Source: Octopus sinensis
Taxonomy: Eukaryota
Direction of reading: 5' to 3'
Assembly (NCBI RefSeq): GCF_006345805.1
Contig: NC_043001.1
Span: forward strand, 17,608,001-17,672,000
Length of the DNA stretch: 64,000 nucleotides
Shown here: positions 37,916-48,494 of the stretch, in pieces
Layout of the letters: each line of letters opens with the position of its first letter
Position numbering within the stretch: the first letter of the stretch is position 1
Notes under the pieces: model-generated
What the model saw: only the letters and a program-made list of their open reading frames with translations
What the model was told of the DNA's origin: nothing
Databases searched by the model: none
Position numbers and translations under genes: made by a program

Positions 37916-38201
37916 TTTTTTAAGATAGAAATAGAATTTTAAAATGTATTCTTTCTGTACTGCCCAGTAACAAAAGCTTCACCACGGTGACTGGAAACCC
38001 CTGCAATATAGGACTAAACCGCATCAACTAAGAGATAATCAATAATCAATATAATCCAGACTAATAAAATTAAATCAGAGCATTACATACAGGATGCTTA
38101 TGAGGCATTTCCCTCACCTCCTTGAACTGATGTCCAGCCAAAAAAGTGGTTGAAGCGAAGGAGGTAACGCAAAAGAATTAACGAGGTTTTGGGGGGAAAA
38201 A

Positions 38202-38771
38202 GGATCTTTTCGGTTTGAACGGCAGTTTTTTAAAAATAATTTCCACGTAACTAAACACTTTTAAACTTCGTATACTGGTAAAATGTGTTTATAAAACATC
38301 TTTTTCTCTTGGCTTTATTGAGAAAATTCTATAGTTTGTAAGATATTTGTTGTTTTTTTTCTTCAATTTCTACAATTTCAACCAATCAATGACGTCTATT
38401 GAGGTGAAAACATTCTCTGCCGTAAACATTTTCTGGCGGTGTCATATGATAATGTCCCTGCTATTTATGACATATTCGTGGCTGCTGGAAGACCCTGTGT
38501 TTGGCAACAGGACTCTGCACCATGCCACACAAGCAGGAAAATTCAGTTCTGTTAGTCAGACAATTTCTGTGCCGTATGAATATGTCCCTCGTTTAAGAAA
38601 CAGATTGGGTTTATTTCCATTTCTGAGGAAAAAAAGATACCCTTTCCCCCACCCCTAACCCTAATCCTAAAACAGATTGAAATGCAATAGATCGATACTA
38701 GGGTCATAATTATGGGTGACAATTTCATATGACACCGCTAGAAAAAACTGCCGTTCAAACCGAAAAGATCC
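38202..38771. mobile_element. GGATCTTTTCG-TIR non-autonomous DNA element containing a Tc1/mariner fragment
   Basis: TIRs ggatcttttcggtttgaacggcagttttt / aaaaactgccgttcaaaccgaaaagatcc; internal WQQDSAPCHTSRK. Relatives at 7595-7792 and 18773-19499. Confidence 0.68.
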
Positions 38772-38901
38772 GGAAAAAAATCAGGCATCGTGACTTTAGC
38801 TTGAATTTGTTAAAATTTTATCGAGTTTCCATAAGGTTGTTCTTTTGTTTTCTAGACGTTACGTTTACGAAGTTGAAAGAAATATGCGTATATTTTGTTA
38901 C

Positions 38902-39001
38902 CTGGTGGTTGATTAACATTTCTATGGTAATTGATTCTTTACCATTCTGAGCAAATTCGGGCCAATAGTGACTGACTCGTTCCTGGAAATCAATGTAACC
39001 C
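38902..39001 (-). CDS. Beta-lactamase-family hydrolase, internal exon
   Basis: Acceptor atttttcag|G, donor CAG|gtaac (phase 2/0). Translates GYIDFQERVSHYWPEFAQNGKESITIEMLINHQ, matching the family YWPEF..NGK..IT...LL.HQ block. Confidence 0.93.
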
Positions 39002-39084
39002 CTGAAAAATATGTATAAAAAAGCATGTACAAGTCGTCCGAAACAGTTTTTAATAAAATTATTTCATGAAATGATTACGGTTAA

Positions 39085-39475
39085 TCTTTATATATAAAAG
39101 TAAGGTTGTGTGTCTGTCTCCTACGATTTAGATTCCTAACTACTCCCACATTTTGCGGTGCAGTTTAACCAAAAGCGGGTATCTTATAGTCGTGATTCAT
39201 ATCGAGCCCTTCTGGGTATTAGCGCGCGTCTACGATGAGTCTATGATTTTAAAAATAATTTATCATCATTTTTTCCATTTTAATGCATATTTTTTTAATA
39301 TAAGGGAAGTAACTCTCTAAAAATATCTACGATGAGTCAACGATTTAAAAAAATTTACCATCATATTTTTTCCATTTTTAATGAATTTTTTTGCTATTTT
39401 TTGGCTATAACTCTCTAAAAATGCTTTATAGTTATTTCCCTTACAAACCCGAGCAACGCCAGGCGATACTGCTAG
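39085..39475 (+). mobile_element. Helitron-like element, family B
   Basis: a|TCtttatatataaaag ... cccgagcaacgccaggcgatactgCTAG|t, with no TSD. Confidence 0.8.
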
Positions 39476-39529
39476 TGATAAATAAAAGCATAAGACAAAG
39501 AAAGCATGTTTATTAACGAAAACTAAACA

Positions 39530-40126
39530 TGAGAGTGTGGTAAAGATTCGCTTTGAAACCACGTTGTCTCAGGTTCAGTCCTACTGCGTGGCACCTTGGG
39601 CAAGTGTATTCTTCTATAGTCCCAGACCGACCAGTGCCTTGTGAGTGAATTTGATATAGATAGAAAATATGTGAAAGCCCGTTGTGTATATGCGTTTGTG
39701 TATGTGTGAATATCGTTATGCTTGTCCCCCACACTTCACAAGCGGAGTTGGTTTGTTTACGTCCCTGTAACTCAGCGGTTCGGCAAAAGAGGACGATAGG
39801 ATACTTACGAGACTTAAGAAGAAAATAAATACTAGAATAGATTTGCTCGACTAAACCCTTGAAGGGGGTGACCCAGTATGGCCGCAGTCCAATGATTGAA
39901 ACAAGCAAAAGATAAACTAAGATACGACTGTATCTGTGTTTGTCCAACCATCGTATAACAACTGATGTGTTTTTATTCCAGTAACTTGGCGGCTCGCCAA
40001 AAGAGACCGATAGAATAACTACAAAGCTTACAAAGAATAAGTCCTGGAGTCGATTTGTTCGACTAAAACCACTTAAGGTGGTGCTCCAGCATGGCCGCAG
40101 TCAAATGACTAGAACAAGTAAAAGAA
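39530..40126 (+). mobile_element. Diverged SINE family C copy plus a second 3' half
   Basis: Degenerate consensus match, two tails. Confidence 0.7.
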
Positions 40127-40468
40127 TTGCATTTGTTTGTGTCGTTCTCTACTGAAATTCCTATCAACGAAACGGTTTCCTAGCAACAGTAACCCTTCGC
40201 TCACGTGTCAACATCCCTAATTGTAACGCGGTCACATACTTGGAAAACAGTCATTGCGTACGAGTGTCAGTGACCCAGATATTGCGAATGACACGTGAGA
40301 ATTACACATCAGAGCCAAGACACATCTCAGCACCCACGCAACAACATCAAAAGATACACTGATAATTGTTTGACCATCGCAGTAAACTGTCAAGGATATT
40401 TCGGCATCTAGCGTGCTTTCCACAGGTTAAAAAACTACATTGTCAGTCCAGTCAGCAGCACGAAGTTT

Positions 40469-40515
40469 TGTCAGTGAACAGGTCGCGGTCTCAAAGCGAC
40501 GAAAATATTTTGACA
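40469..40515 (+). ncRNA. Hammerhead-like motif with G3-C8 swap
   Basis: UGUCA-GUGAACA-G-[GUCGC..GCGAC]-GAAAA-UA-UUU^-UGACA. A related copy lies on the minus strand at ~405-447. Confidence 0.55.
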
Positions 40516-40567
40516 GATTAAATTTAAATGTTGAAGTGAATCTAACGGTTTTTGTGTGTTTCTTAAA

Positions 40568-40968
40568 TCTTTATATATAAAAGTCAAGTTGTGTGTCTGT
40601 CTCCTACGATTTAGATTCCTAACTACTCCCACATTTTGTGGTGCAGTGTAACCAAAACCGGGTATCTTATAGTCGTGATTCATATCGAGCCCTTCTGGGT
40701 ATTAGCGCGCGTCTACGATGAGTCTACGATTAAAAAAAAAAAATTACCATCATTTTTTTTCCATTTTAACGCATTTTTTTCGCTATTATATAAGGGAAGT
40801 AACTCTCTAAAAATGTCTACGATAAGTCAACAATTTAAAAAAAAAATTTACCATTATTTTTTTTCCATTTTTAATGCATTTTTTGCTATTTTTTTGCTAT
40901 AACTCTCTAAAAATGCTTATATAGTTATTTCCCTTACAAACCCGAGCAACGCCGGGCGATATTGCTAG
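40568..40968 (+). mobile_element. Helitron-like element, family B, with 50-bp flanking duplication
   Basis: TC...CTAG termini; 40518-40567 equals 40969-41018. Confidence 0.82.
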
Positions 40969-41248
40969 TTAAATTTAAATGTTGAAGTGAATCTAACGGT
41001 TTTTGTGTGTTTCTTAAATGGCTTATAAACACCTTGCACGCTGCAATTGTTTACTTTTTTTGGCGTAACTTCGGTATAAGTACCAAAAGTACCGGATACA
41101 TTTCAAGAAAATATTGTTTTTTTTATGTATATAGGGGGTTAGAGTTACGGTTAGGGTTAGGGGTGGGAGAAAAGGGTTTCTGTTATCTGCAGAAATGTAA
41201 ACAAACCCACTTACGGTACTTATACCGAAGGATCACCCTTTTTTTTTG

Positions 41249-41464
41249 TTAAGATTATATAGGACTGAGGTAACTCCACCAGAAGTTATAGAGAAATAAA
41301 TAGAAGAGTGCCATAGTTATAATGTGAAATTGGTTGAACCTGTGGAAGGCATGCTAGATGCCGAAATCTCGTTCAACCAATTTCACATGATAACTATGGC
41401 ACTCTTCTACTCTTTATGTCTCTATAACTTCTGGAGAAGTTACCTCAGTTCTATATAATCTTAA
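41249..41464. repeat. Inverted repeat, ~90-bp imperfect arms, TTAA at both ends
   Basis: 41249-41339 versus 41371-41464. Confidence 0.9.
41333..41377 (+). ncRNA. Hammerhead-like motif (A6>U) at the apex of a long hairpin
   Basis: GUUGAAC-CUGUGGA-A-[GGCAU GCUAG AUGCC]-GAAA-UC-UC^-GUUCAAC. Confidence 0.5.
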
Positions 41465-41689
41465 CAACAACAACAACAATAATAATTGTCGGAACCCTGG
41501 GAACAGTGAGTAGAAAATCTTGAGAGGTACATAGAACAAATAGGGGCTGCATTAAGAGTGGGGCACTTGCAGAAAACAGTACTGCTTAGAACCGCTCGAA
41601 TACTCCGGATGGTGCTCGAAACAAGGGGTTAGTGTACAACTAGCACCGTAATATATCTTCAGCGTTGGAAGCTGTGCAAAGACAACAAC

Positions 41690-41709
<20 letters not shown>

Positions 41710-41720
<11 letters not shown>

Positions 41721-42676
41721 TCTATTATAGGCACAAGGCTCGAAATTTGGGAGAGTGTTTCACTGGTACTTAATTTATCGACCCCGAAAGGATGAAAGGC
41801 AAAGTCGATCTCGGTGGAATTTGAACTCAGAATGTAAGGATAGACAAAACATCGCTAAGGATTTCGCCCGTAGTGCTGACGATTCTGTCAGCTCGCCGCC
41901 TTAATAATAATGGTTTCAAATTTTGCCACAAGGGCAGCTATTTTGGGGGAGGAGATAAGTTGATTGGATCGACCCCAGTACTCAACTGGTACTTAATTTA
42001 TCGACCCCGGAAAGATGAAAGGCAAAGTCAACCACGGCGGAATTTGAACTCAGAACGTAGCGACGGGCGAAATACCGCTAAGCATTTCGTACAGCGCGCT
42101 AACGATTCTGCCAGCTCACCGCCTTTACTCTTTTCTTCTCTAGGAACAAAGCCTGAAGTTTTGGGGGAGGGAATGAGTCGATTACAACGACCCTAGTACT
42201 CGAATGTTACTTAATTTATCAATCCCGATAGCGTGAAGGGTAAAGTTGATCTTGGTGGCATTTGAACTCAGAACGTAACGGCACAAGGAGACAAACAAGG
42301 ACAGACAAACGGATTAAGTCGATTATATCGACCCCAGTGTGTAACTGGTACTTATTTAATCGACCCCGAAAGGATGAAAGGCAAAGTCGACCTCGGTGGA
42401 ATTTGAACTCAGACCGTAACGGCAGACGAAATACCTATTTCTTTACTGCCCACAAGGGGCTAAGCACAGAGGACAAACAAGGATTAAGGACAGACAAACG
42501 GATTAAGTCGATTATATCGACCCCCAGTGCGTAACTGGTACTTAATTTATCGCCCCCGAAATGATGAAAGGCAAAGTCGACCTCGGCGGAATTTGAACTC
42601 AGAACGTAACGGCAGACGAAATACCGCGAAAGTATTTCGCCCGGCGTGCTAAAGTTTCTGGCAGCTCGCCGCCTTA
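41710..42676 (-). mobile_element. Cluster of SINE family M copies (monomers and a multimer)
   Basis: Repeated atcgaccccgaaaggatgaaaggcaaagtcgacctcggcggaatttgaactc blocks, with heads at ~41900, ~42125 and ~42676. Confidence 0.82.
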
Positions 42677-42994
42677 ATAAAAATAATAGTAATAGGATAC
42701 AAAGCTATGGAAAGAGCTAGCCGATGACATCGACTCCACTGCTTAAACTGTTCTTATTTCATCGACGCCAAAAGCATGACAGGTAAGGTTGACAGCGGCG
42801 GGATATGAAAAAACCGGTTTCGGTTGAATTAACAGCAATAGCTATTATAGCTAATCTGTATAGTTACTGTATGTCACAATACCTGTCTTAAATTTCACAT
42901 ACATACATAGAGAAGGGGCGAACTATCCCGCCAACCTAACAGACATGTATCCGGCTTTTTCTCATAAAACTGTTCAAAAGACGAGCGTTATGGT

Positions 42995-43397
42995 TTGTTT
43001 AAAGCGCTGTAACGTGGCACTCCGTCGGTTGCGACGACGAGGGTTCCAGTTGATCTGATCAACGGAACAGCCTGCTCGTGAAATTAACGTGCAAATGGCT
43101 GAACACTCCACAGACACGTGTACCCTTAACGTAGTTCTCGGGGAGATCCAGCGCGACACAGAGTGTGACAAGGTTGGCCCCTTTGGAATACAGGTACAAC
43201 AGAAACACGAAGAAAGAGTGAGAGAAAGTTGTGGTGAAAGAGTACAACAGGGTTCGCCACCCACCCTTGCCAGAGCCTCGTGGAGCTTTAGGTGTTTTCG
43301 CTCAGTAAAACACTCACAACGCTCAATCAGGGAATCGGAACTGCGATTCTATGACCGCGAGTCCGTTGCCCTAACCACTGGGTCATTGCGCCTCCAC
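42995..43397 (-). mobile_element. tRNA-derived SINE, composite
   Basis: Head ggaggcgcaatgacccagtggttaggg...; 3' half matches 9030-9200. Confidence 0.78.
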
Positions 43398-43741
43398 GAA
43401 GCTAGAGCTTCTAACAATGCGAAAAGAGGAAGTTAAGCAACAATGATTGACGTAAGCTTGGGCTTTTGAACCTGTTCACTTTTAAAATACGTAAAGCTTA
43501 TTTAACTGTCTCTTTACGCCTTGTTAGATTACCAGCCGTCTTCATTGTTGGTCATTTTACGTCTGACCAAAGTACTTAATTAAATATAAATAGCGTGACA
43601 TTTCAATATCTTCCTACTATTTATTTCTTTAGTTGTTGCTATTATAATTAAAATTTGATGATCCAAATATAGACATTGACATAGCCGTAAATAACTTATT
43701 GACTCACTCTCTCTCTCTCTCTCTCTGTGCAAATACACACA

Positions 43742-43777
<36 letters not shown>

Positions 43778-43789
43778 CGCGCGCGCATA

Positions 43790-44455
43790 CAGTAATCCCT
43801 CGACTATCCCGAGTATTACGTTCCAAAAATCCCCGCGATAGGTCAAAATCCGCGAGGTAGAAACTACTGTATAGTATATTAAGACGGCGAACTGGCAGAA
43901 ATGTTAGCACGCCGGGCGAAATGCTGAGCGGCATTTCGTCTGCCGCTACGTTCTGAGTTCAAATTCCACCGGGGTCGACTTTGCCTTTCATCCTTTCGGG
44001 ATCGATTAAATAAGTACCAGTTACACACTGGGGTCGATATAATCGACTTAATCCCTTTGTCTGTCCTTGTTTGTCCTCTCTGTGTTTAGCCCCTTGTGAG
44101 TAATAAAGAAATAGGTATTTCGTCTGCTGCTACGTTCTGAGTTCAAATTCCGCCGAGGTCGACTTTGCCTTTCATCCTTTCGGGGTCGATTAAATAAGTA
44201 CCAGTTACGCATTGGGATCGATATAATCGACTTAATCCGTTTGTCTGTCCTTGTTTGTCCTCTCTGTGTTTAGCCCCTTGTGGGTAGTAAAGAAATAAGA
44301 AACACTACTGTACAGTATATTATTTTTATAATTTGCTTACATTTATTTTAATGTAAATGCAAAACAATACCACAGAGGAATCGGCGTAGGCTTAAATAAT
44401 AAACCGCGATAAGTAAACCGCGATAAGTGAACCGTGATATGGCAAGGGATTAATG
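43790..44455. mobile_element. Tigger/pogo-like MITE interrupted by a SINE dimer
   Basis: TA+cagtaatccctcg ... caagggattaatg+TA. Confidence 0.68.
43883..44300 (+). mobile_element. SINE family M dimer inserted in a Tigger-like MITE
   Basis: 19-bp TSD actactgta(t/c)agtatatta at 43863-43881 and 44304-44322. Confidence 0.87.
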
Positions 44456-45160
44456 TACGTATTCATTTCTTATATTCCTTTACTGGTTTCAGTCAGAGGT
44501 TGTGGCTTTGCTGGGCCGTCGGCACTAGCGTTAATGCATGTATATTTTAAACTCATTTTGCGGCCCTGACACCGGAATCGGTCTTGGTTAAGTTGTAAGC
44601 TGAACATAGCTGTCCTGCTCTTCGTTTCTTACCACCACGTTGCTTCATCTAGCGTCTCAGATAAATATTTGTCCAAATGTTCTCTAAGCACATTCACATC
44701 TACGGCTCGTAGATCTTTGAGATCTTTTGCAAAACATTGAAAAGCTCTGTGTGTGTGCATGTATGTATGTGTGTAGGGTGAGAAAGAGAGAGAGGGCGAA
44801 AGAGAGAGAGAGAGGGCGAAAGAGAGAGAGAGAGAGAGAGGGCGAAAGAGAGAGAGAGAGAGGGCGAAAGAGAGAGAGATCACAGCATTTCTTTAAGAGT
44901 GTTAAGATTGTAACGATATCGTTTCAAATTTGGCCAGCAATTTCGGGGAAGTGGGTAGGTCGGTTACATCGACCCCAGTGCTTGACTGGTACTTTATTTT
45001 ATCGACTCTGGAAGGATGAAAGGTAAAATTGACCAGGGCGGAATTTAAACTCAGAACGTAAAGACACACGAAACGCCGCTAAGCATAGTGCCCGGCGTGC
45101 TAACGATTCTGCCAGCTTGCCGCTAATAGTATCATGATATGAGCTGTAAAATATACTTAC

Positions 45161-45352
45161 TTCTCGGCAAAGATACCCAACAGTATAACGCCGATCCCTT
45201 TGGAACATGAATATACGAGGCCTAAGGTATCGTTCTTCCAAGGAATTAGAACCTCTCTATCAATATAACCTCCCCACATATCCACCACCAATTCTCCTTC
45301 ATAGTATACAGCAATGGCACCGCCGACTTCAAGTCCATTGTTGACGTTTTTT
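45161..45352 (-). CDS. Beta-lactamase-family serine hydrolase, first identified coding exon (contains SxxK)
   Basis: Acceptor cccacag|A, donor AA|gtaagt (phase 2/2). Translates KNVNNGLEVGGAIAVYYEGELVVDMWGGYIDREVLIPWKNDTLGLVYSCSKGIGVILLGIFAE; S-C-S-K is the catalytic SxxK motif (Ser codon 45210-45208). Confidence 0.93.
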
Positions 45353-45896
45353 CTGTGGGAATAAAGAATAAGTAAACGTTTGAATGTGTCATCAAGTCAT
45401 TATACAGAACTGTTCTAAAAGTAAATGATTTAAAAGAGAAAAATAGGTCAGTATATATACAATGGTTTCATATCGAAAAGATCTCAACAATTATTCAAGC
45501 GAACTTGGAAGTGTTGGTACTCGTCTCTAGTTTTGGATGAGAATACAATTTGAACAATTGTAGATATTTCTTCGACATGAAACCATTGGATGCCTTGTTA
45601 ATCCACAAAAACGGAATATTTATTCACCAATGCAGTGTTGAGCACTCATTCTCACTGTTCGATAATAGCGTATACAGACCTGTATGCACGCATACATACA
45701 TAGACAGAAAGGCAGACAGACAGATAGATAGATAAAATATTTACATTCGACGGATATTTGTCCTCATCTTGTTTGTTGTTAACACAATGCTTCGGCTGAT
45801 GTACCCTCCAGCCTTCATGGGGAAATTTCGGACCTGGGTTCTCATTCCTACAGTATTTTTTCGATGTACTTATATTATTATTATTATTATGCCCAT

Positions 45897-46185
45897 GGGC
45901 ATATGGCATTAGTGGTTAAGAGCGCGGGCAACTAACCCCAAGATTCCGAGTTCGATTCCAGGCAGTGACCTGAATAATAATAATAATAACAACAACAACA
46001 ACAACAACAACATAGAAAAATACCTTCGGAATGAGAACCCAGGTTCGAAATTTTCCCCAAGACGCCTGATGAAGGCTGGAAGGTATATCAGCCGAAACGT
46101 TGTGTTAACAACAAAAAAGATGAGGACAAATATCCGTCAAATGTAAATAATGTATATAATTCCTCATCTCTTAAATATAGAACTG
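45897..46185 (+). mobile_element. tRNA-headed SINE-like element carrying a hammerhead-like motif
   Basis: A-box-like tggcattagtgg, B-box gagttcgattcc, (AAT/AAC)n linker, then a hammerhead fold at 46061-46106. An inverted partial copy lies at 45737-45867 and the same head recurs at ~29455-29498. Confidence 0.72.
46061..46106 (+). ncRNA. Minimal type I hammerhead ribozyme-like motif
   Basis: GACGC-CUGAUGA-A-[GGCUG..CAGCC]-GAAAC-GUU^-GUGUU. Core intact, palindromic stem III (AACGUU). Folded by eye. Confidence 0.72.
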
Positions 46186-46995
46186 TATTAGATAGATAAA
46201 TAGATAGACAGACAGACAGATGGATAGATAGACAGACAAATAGATAGATAGACAGACAGACAAATAGATAGATAGATAGATGGATAGATAGATTTTAGGT
46301 AGAGTGAAGACACTGCTGGCGCCCGTTTCAGGGCCTTTAAGTGCAATGAGAGGGAAGGACGGTTTTCTCAAACCAGAAATCCAGTCCGAATACTTGCAAC
46401 ACAGTGGAATCCACTAAAAGGTCTCCAGGTGATGGCATTAAACCGGTCGATGGGTCAAGTCTACCATCTAAGTAGACCATGTATATTTTACATGCAATTA
46501 GCGCAAAGCATCCGGCCCAATGTTCCCAAAGTTTCAACAAATGTACCACTTTGTATTGGAACTTCTCTTTTATCAATCGGAATGGATGAAAAGCAAAGTT
46601 GACCTTGATGGGATTTGAAAACTGGACACAAAGAGTCGGAACAAATATCGTACTTTGACAACGCATCATTTGGTGGGTGAATGCCTCCTATTTAGTGATG
46701 GTCAGGGATATCTAAATCTAGCAGTGATCTACTCTTGGGGAGACCCTGCGCATGTGAACCTTCTCCCGCATTCTCTGTACGACCTTGGAGGGCCCGTACC
46801 CTATCCGGCTGCCGTTAAATAGATTACTGGAATCTCGGCCTCCATGACTAGACATGGGCTGAATACTGGAGTGATTTCTCGTTGCCTTCTACAGGTAGGT
46901 GGGATTCGAACTCAGAATGTAGAGGTCTGGAAAATATTCTACCAAATCCACTCACAAACTCTTGATAGGCTCGAGGCTATAATAGAAGACACTTA

Positions 46996-47228
46996 AGGCG
47001 GCGAGCTGGCAGAATCGTTAGCACGCCAGGCGAAATGTTCAGCAGTATTTCGTCCGTCCCTACGTTCTGAGTTCAAATTCCGCCGAGGTCGACTTTGCCT
47101 TTCATCCTTTCGGGGATCGATAAATTAAGTACCAGTTTCGCACTGGGGTCGATGTAATCGACTTAATCCCTTTGTCTGTCCTTGTTTGGCCCCTCTGTGT
47201 TTAGCCCCTTGTGGGCAATAAAGAAATA
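46996..47228 (+). mobile_element. SINE family M monomer inserted in a CORE-type SINE
   Basis: 18-bp TSD tataatagaagacactta at 46978-46995 and 47229-47246. Confidence 0.88.
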
Positions 47229-47955
47229 TATAATAGAAGACACTTAGCCAAGGTGCCATGTAGTGGAACTGAACCCAAAACAATGTGGTTGGGAAGCAAA
47301 GTTCTTACTACACAGCCACACCTGCGCCTATAAAGATCGAGAATTGTTGTTTTATTGTTGTTGAGGTCAGTATATCGATTATAGAGTATATGTTCGACAT
47401 ATCGCCCTCTGTGTCAGCAATATTAGTACGAAAAGAAGGCAACGAGCTGGCAGAACGGTTAGCACGCCGGGCAGAATGCATTACAGTATTTCGTCAGTCT
47501 TTACGTTCTGAGTTCAAATTCCACCGAGGTCGACTTTGCTTTTCATCCTTTCAGCGTAGATAAAACGAAATAAGTAGTAGTTGATAATTGAGGTCGATGT
47601 AATCGACTTAGCCCCTCACCCGAAATTTCTGGCCTTGTGCCAAAATTTGAAACCAGCATTGGTGTGAGAAGAGTATAAGAGCCAAAAGAATGTGCGTGTG
47701 TGTGCATTGGAATCCTTTGGGGGTGAAGAATTCAGAGGGATGTGAGGTGTGATTGATGCCTTTAATCTAGGTGAGAGAGAGAAAATGTTGTTGGCGGTTG
47801 GGAGTATTAGGTGTGTAGTACAGACAGCAGACGAACATAGAGAAATAAGGTAAAGACTGTCAGACATTGTATTGAGTCATTCCATAAATAATGCGGTGTT
47901 TTTTGTGCTTCTTTTATATTTTAAAATTATGACAAAGTTCTATTTTAATCTAAAA

Positions 47956-48489
47956 CTAGCAGCATAGCCCGGCGTTGCCCGGGTATGTAAGAGCCCCTAG
48001 TAGGCAACGACTAATCCCAATCTAGTCCTTTCCCTGTAGGGAACGAAGGTGCATGTGTAGGTTGCAATGTCTTCTGTGTATACGATGTTCCTAGCTGTCC
48101 CTTTGGGCGAAAACGCGATTTCCCAAAATGGCATGATTTTATCGATTTTTTCTGATGGTAAGGTATTGCATGGAAAACTAACGTCAGAATTAAGTTTCTT
48201 AGGGTAACATTAAGCTTCACCATGAGTTTGGTGAAAATCGATTGCAAGTTGCGAAAACTACAACAGAAAATGTTGCATATAAAAAGCTGAGATTCTCGAC
48301 CCCATGTCGAATTTATCGATTTCTTTCAAAACTGGGGGAACTTTTCAAAATTTTCGCTGCGTTAGTTTTGAATTATGACATTGGGCTATGTGTGTGTCAA
48401 GTTTCATCAGAATCGGTTGAAAGCCGTGGTCAGGGTGAGGGTACAACCTGACAGACACACAGACAGACAAACTGCCGTTTATATAGAGA
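47956..48489 (-). mobile_element. Helitron-like element, family C
   Basis: Reverse TCtctatataaacggcag ... cccgggcaacgccgggctatgctgCTAG. Confidence 0.78.
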
Positions 48490-48494
48490 TATAT

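Noticed and set aside
23534-45352. Bacterial resistance gene or contamination suggested by the beta-lactamase fold
   Set aside because: Six spliceosomal introns and an animal repeat context; this fold is widespread in animal serine hydrolases.
45897-45970. Possible tRNA gene (also heads at 9355, 9440, 18413, 21453)
   Set aside because: Acceptor stems do not close and each head continues into a SINE body without a T-run terminator.
46337-46669. ORF containing VYLDGRLDP as candidate exon 1 of the hydrolase
   Set aside because: No start codon and phase-2 GT donor in a fitting position; other frames (VETLG..GPDAL) look more like a decayed retroelement endonuclease, and neither reading is secure.
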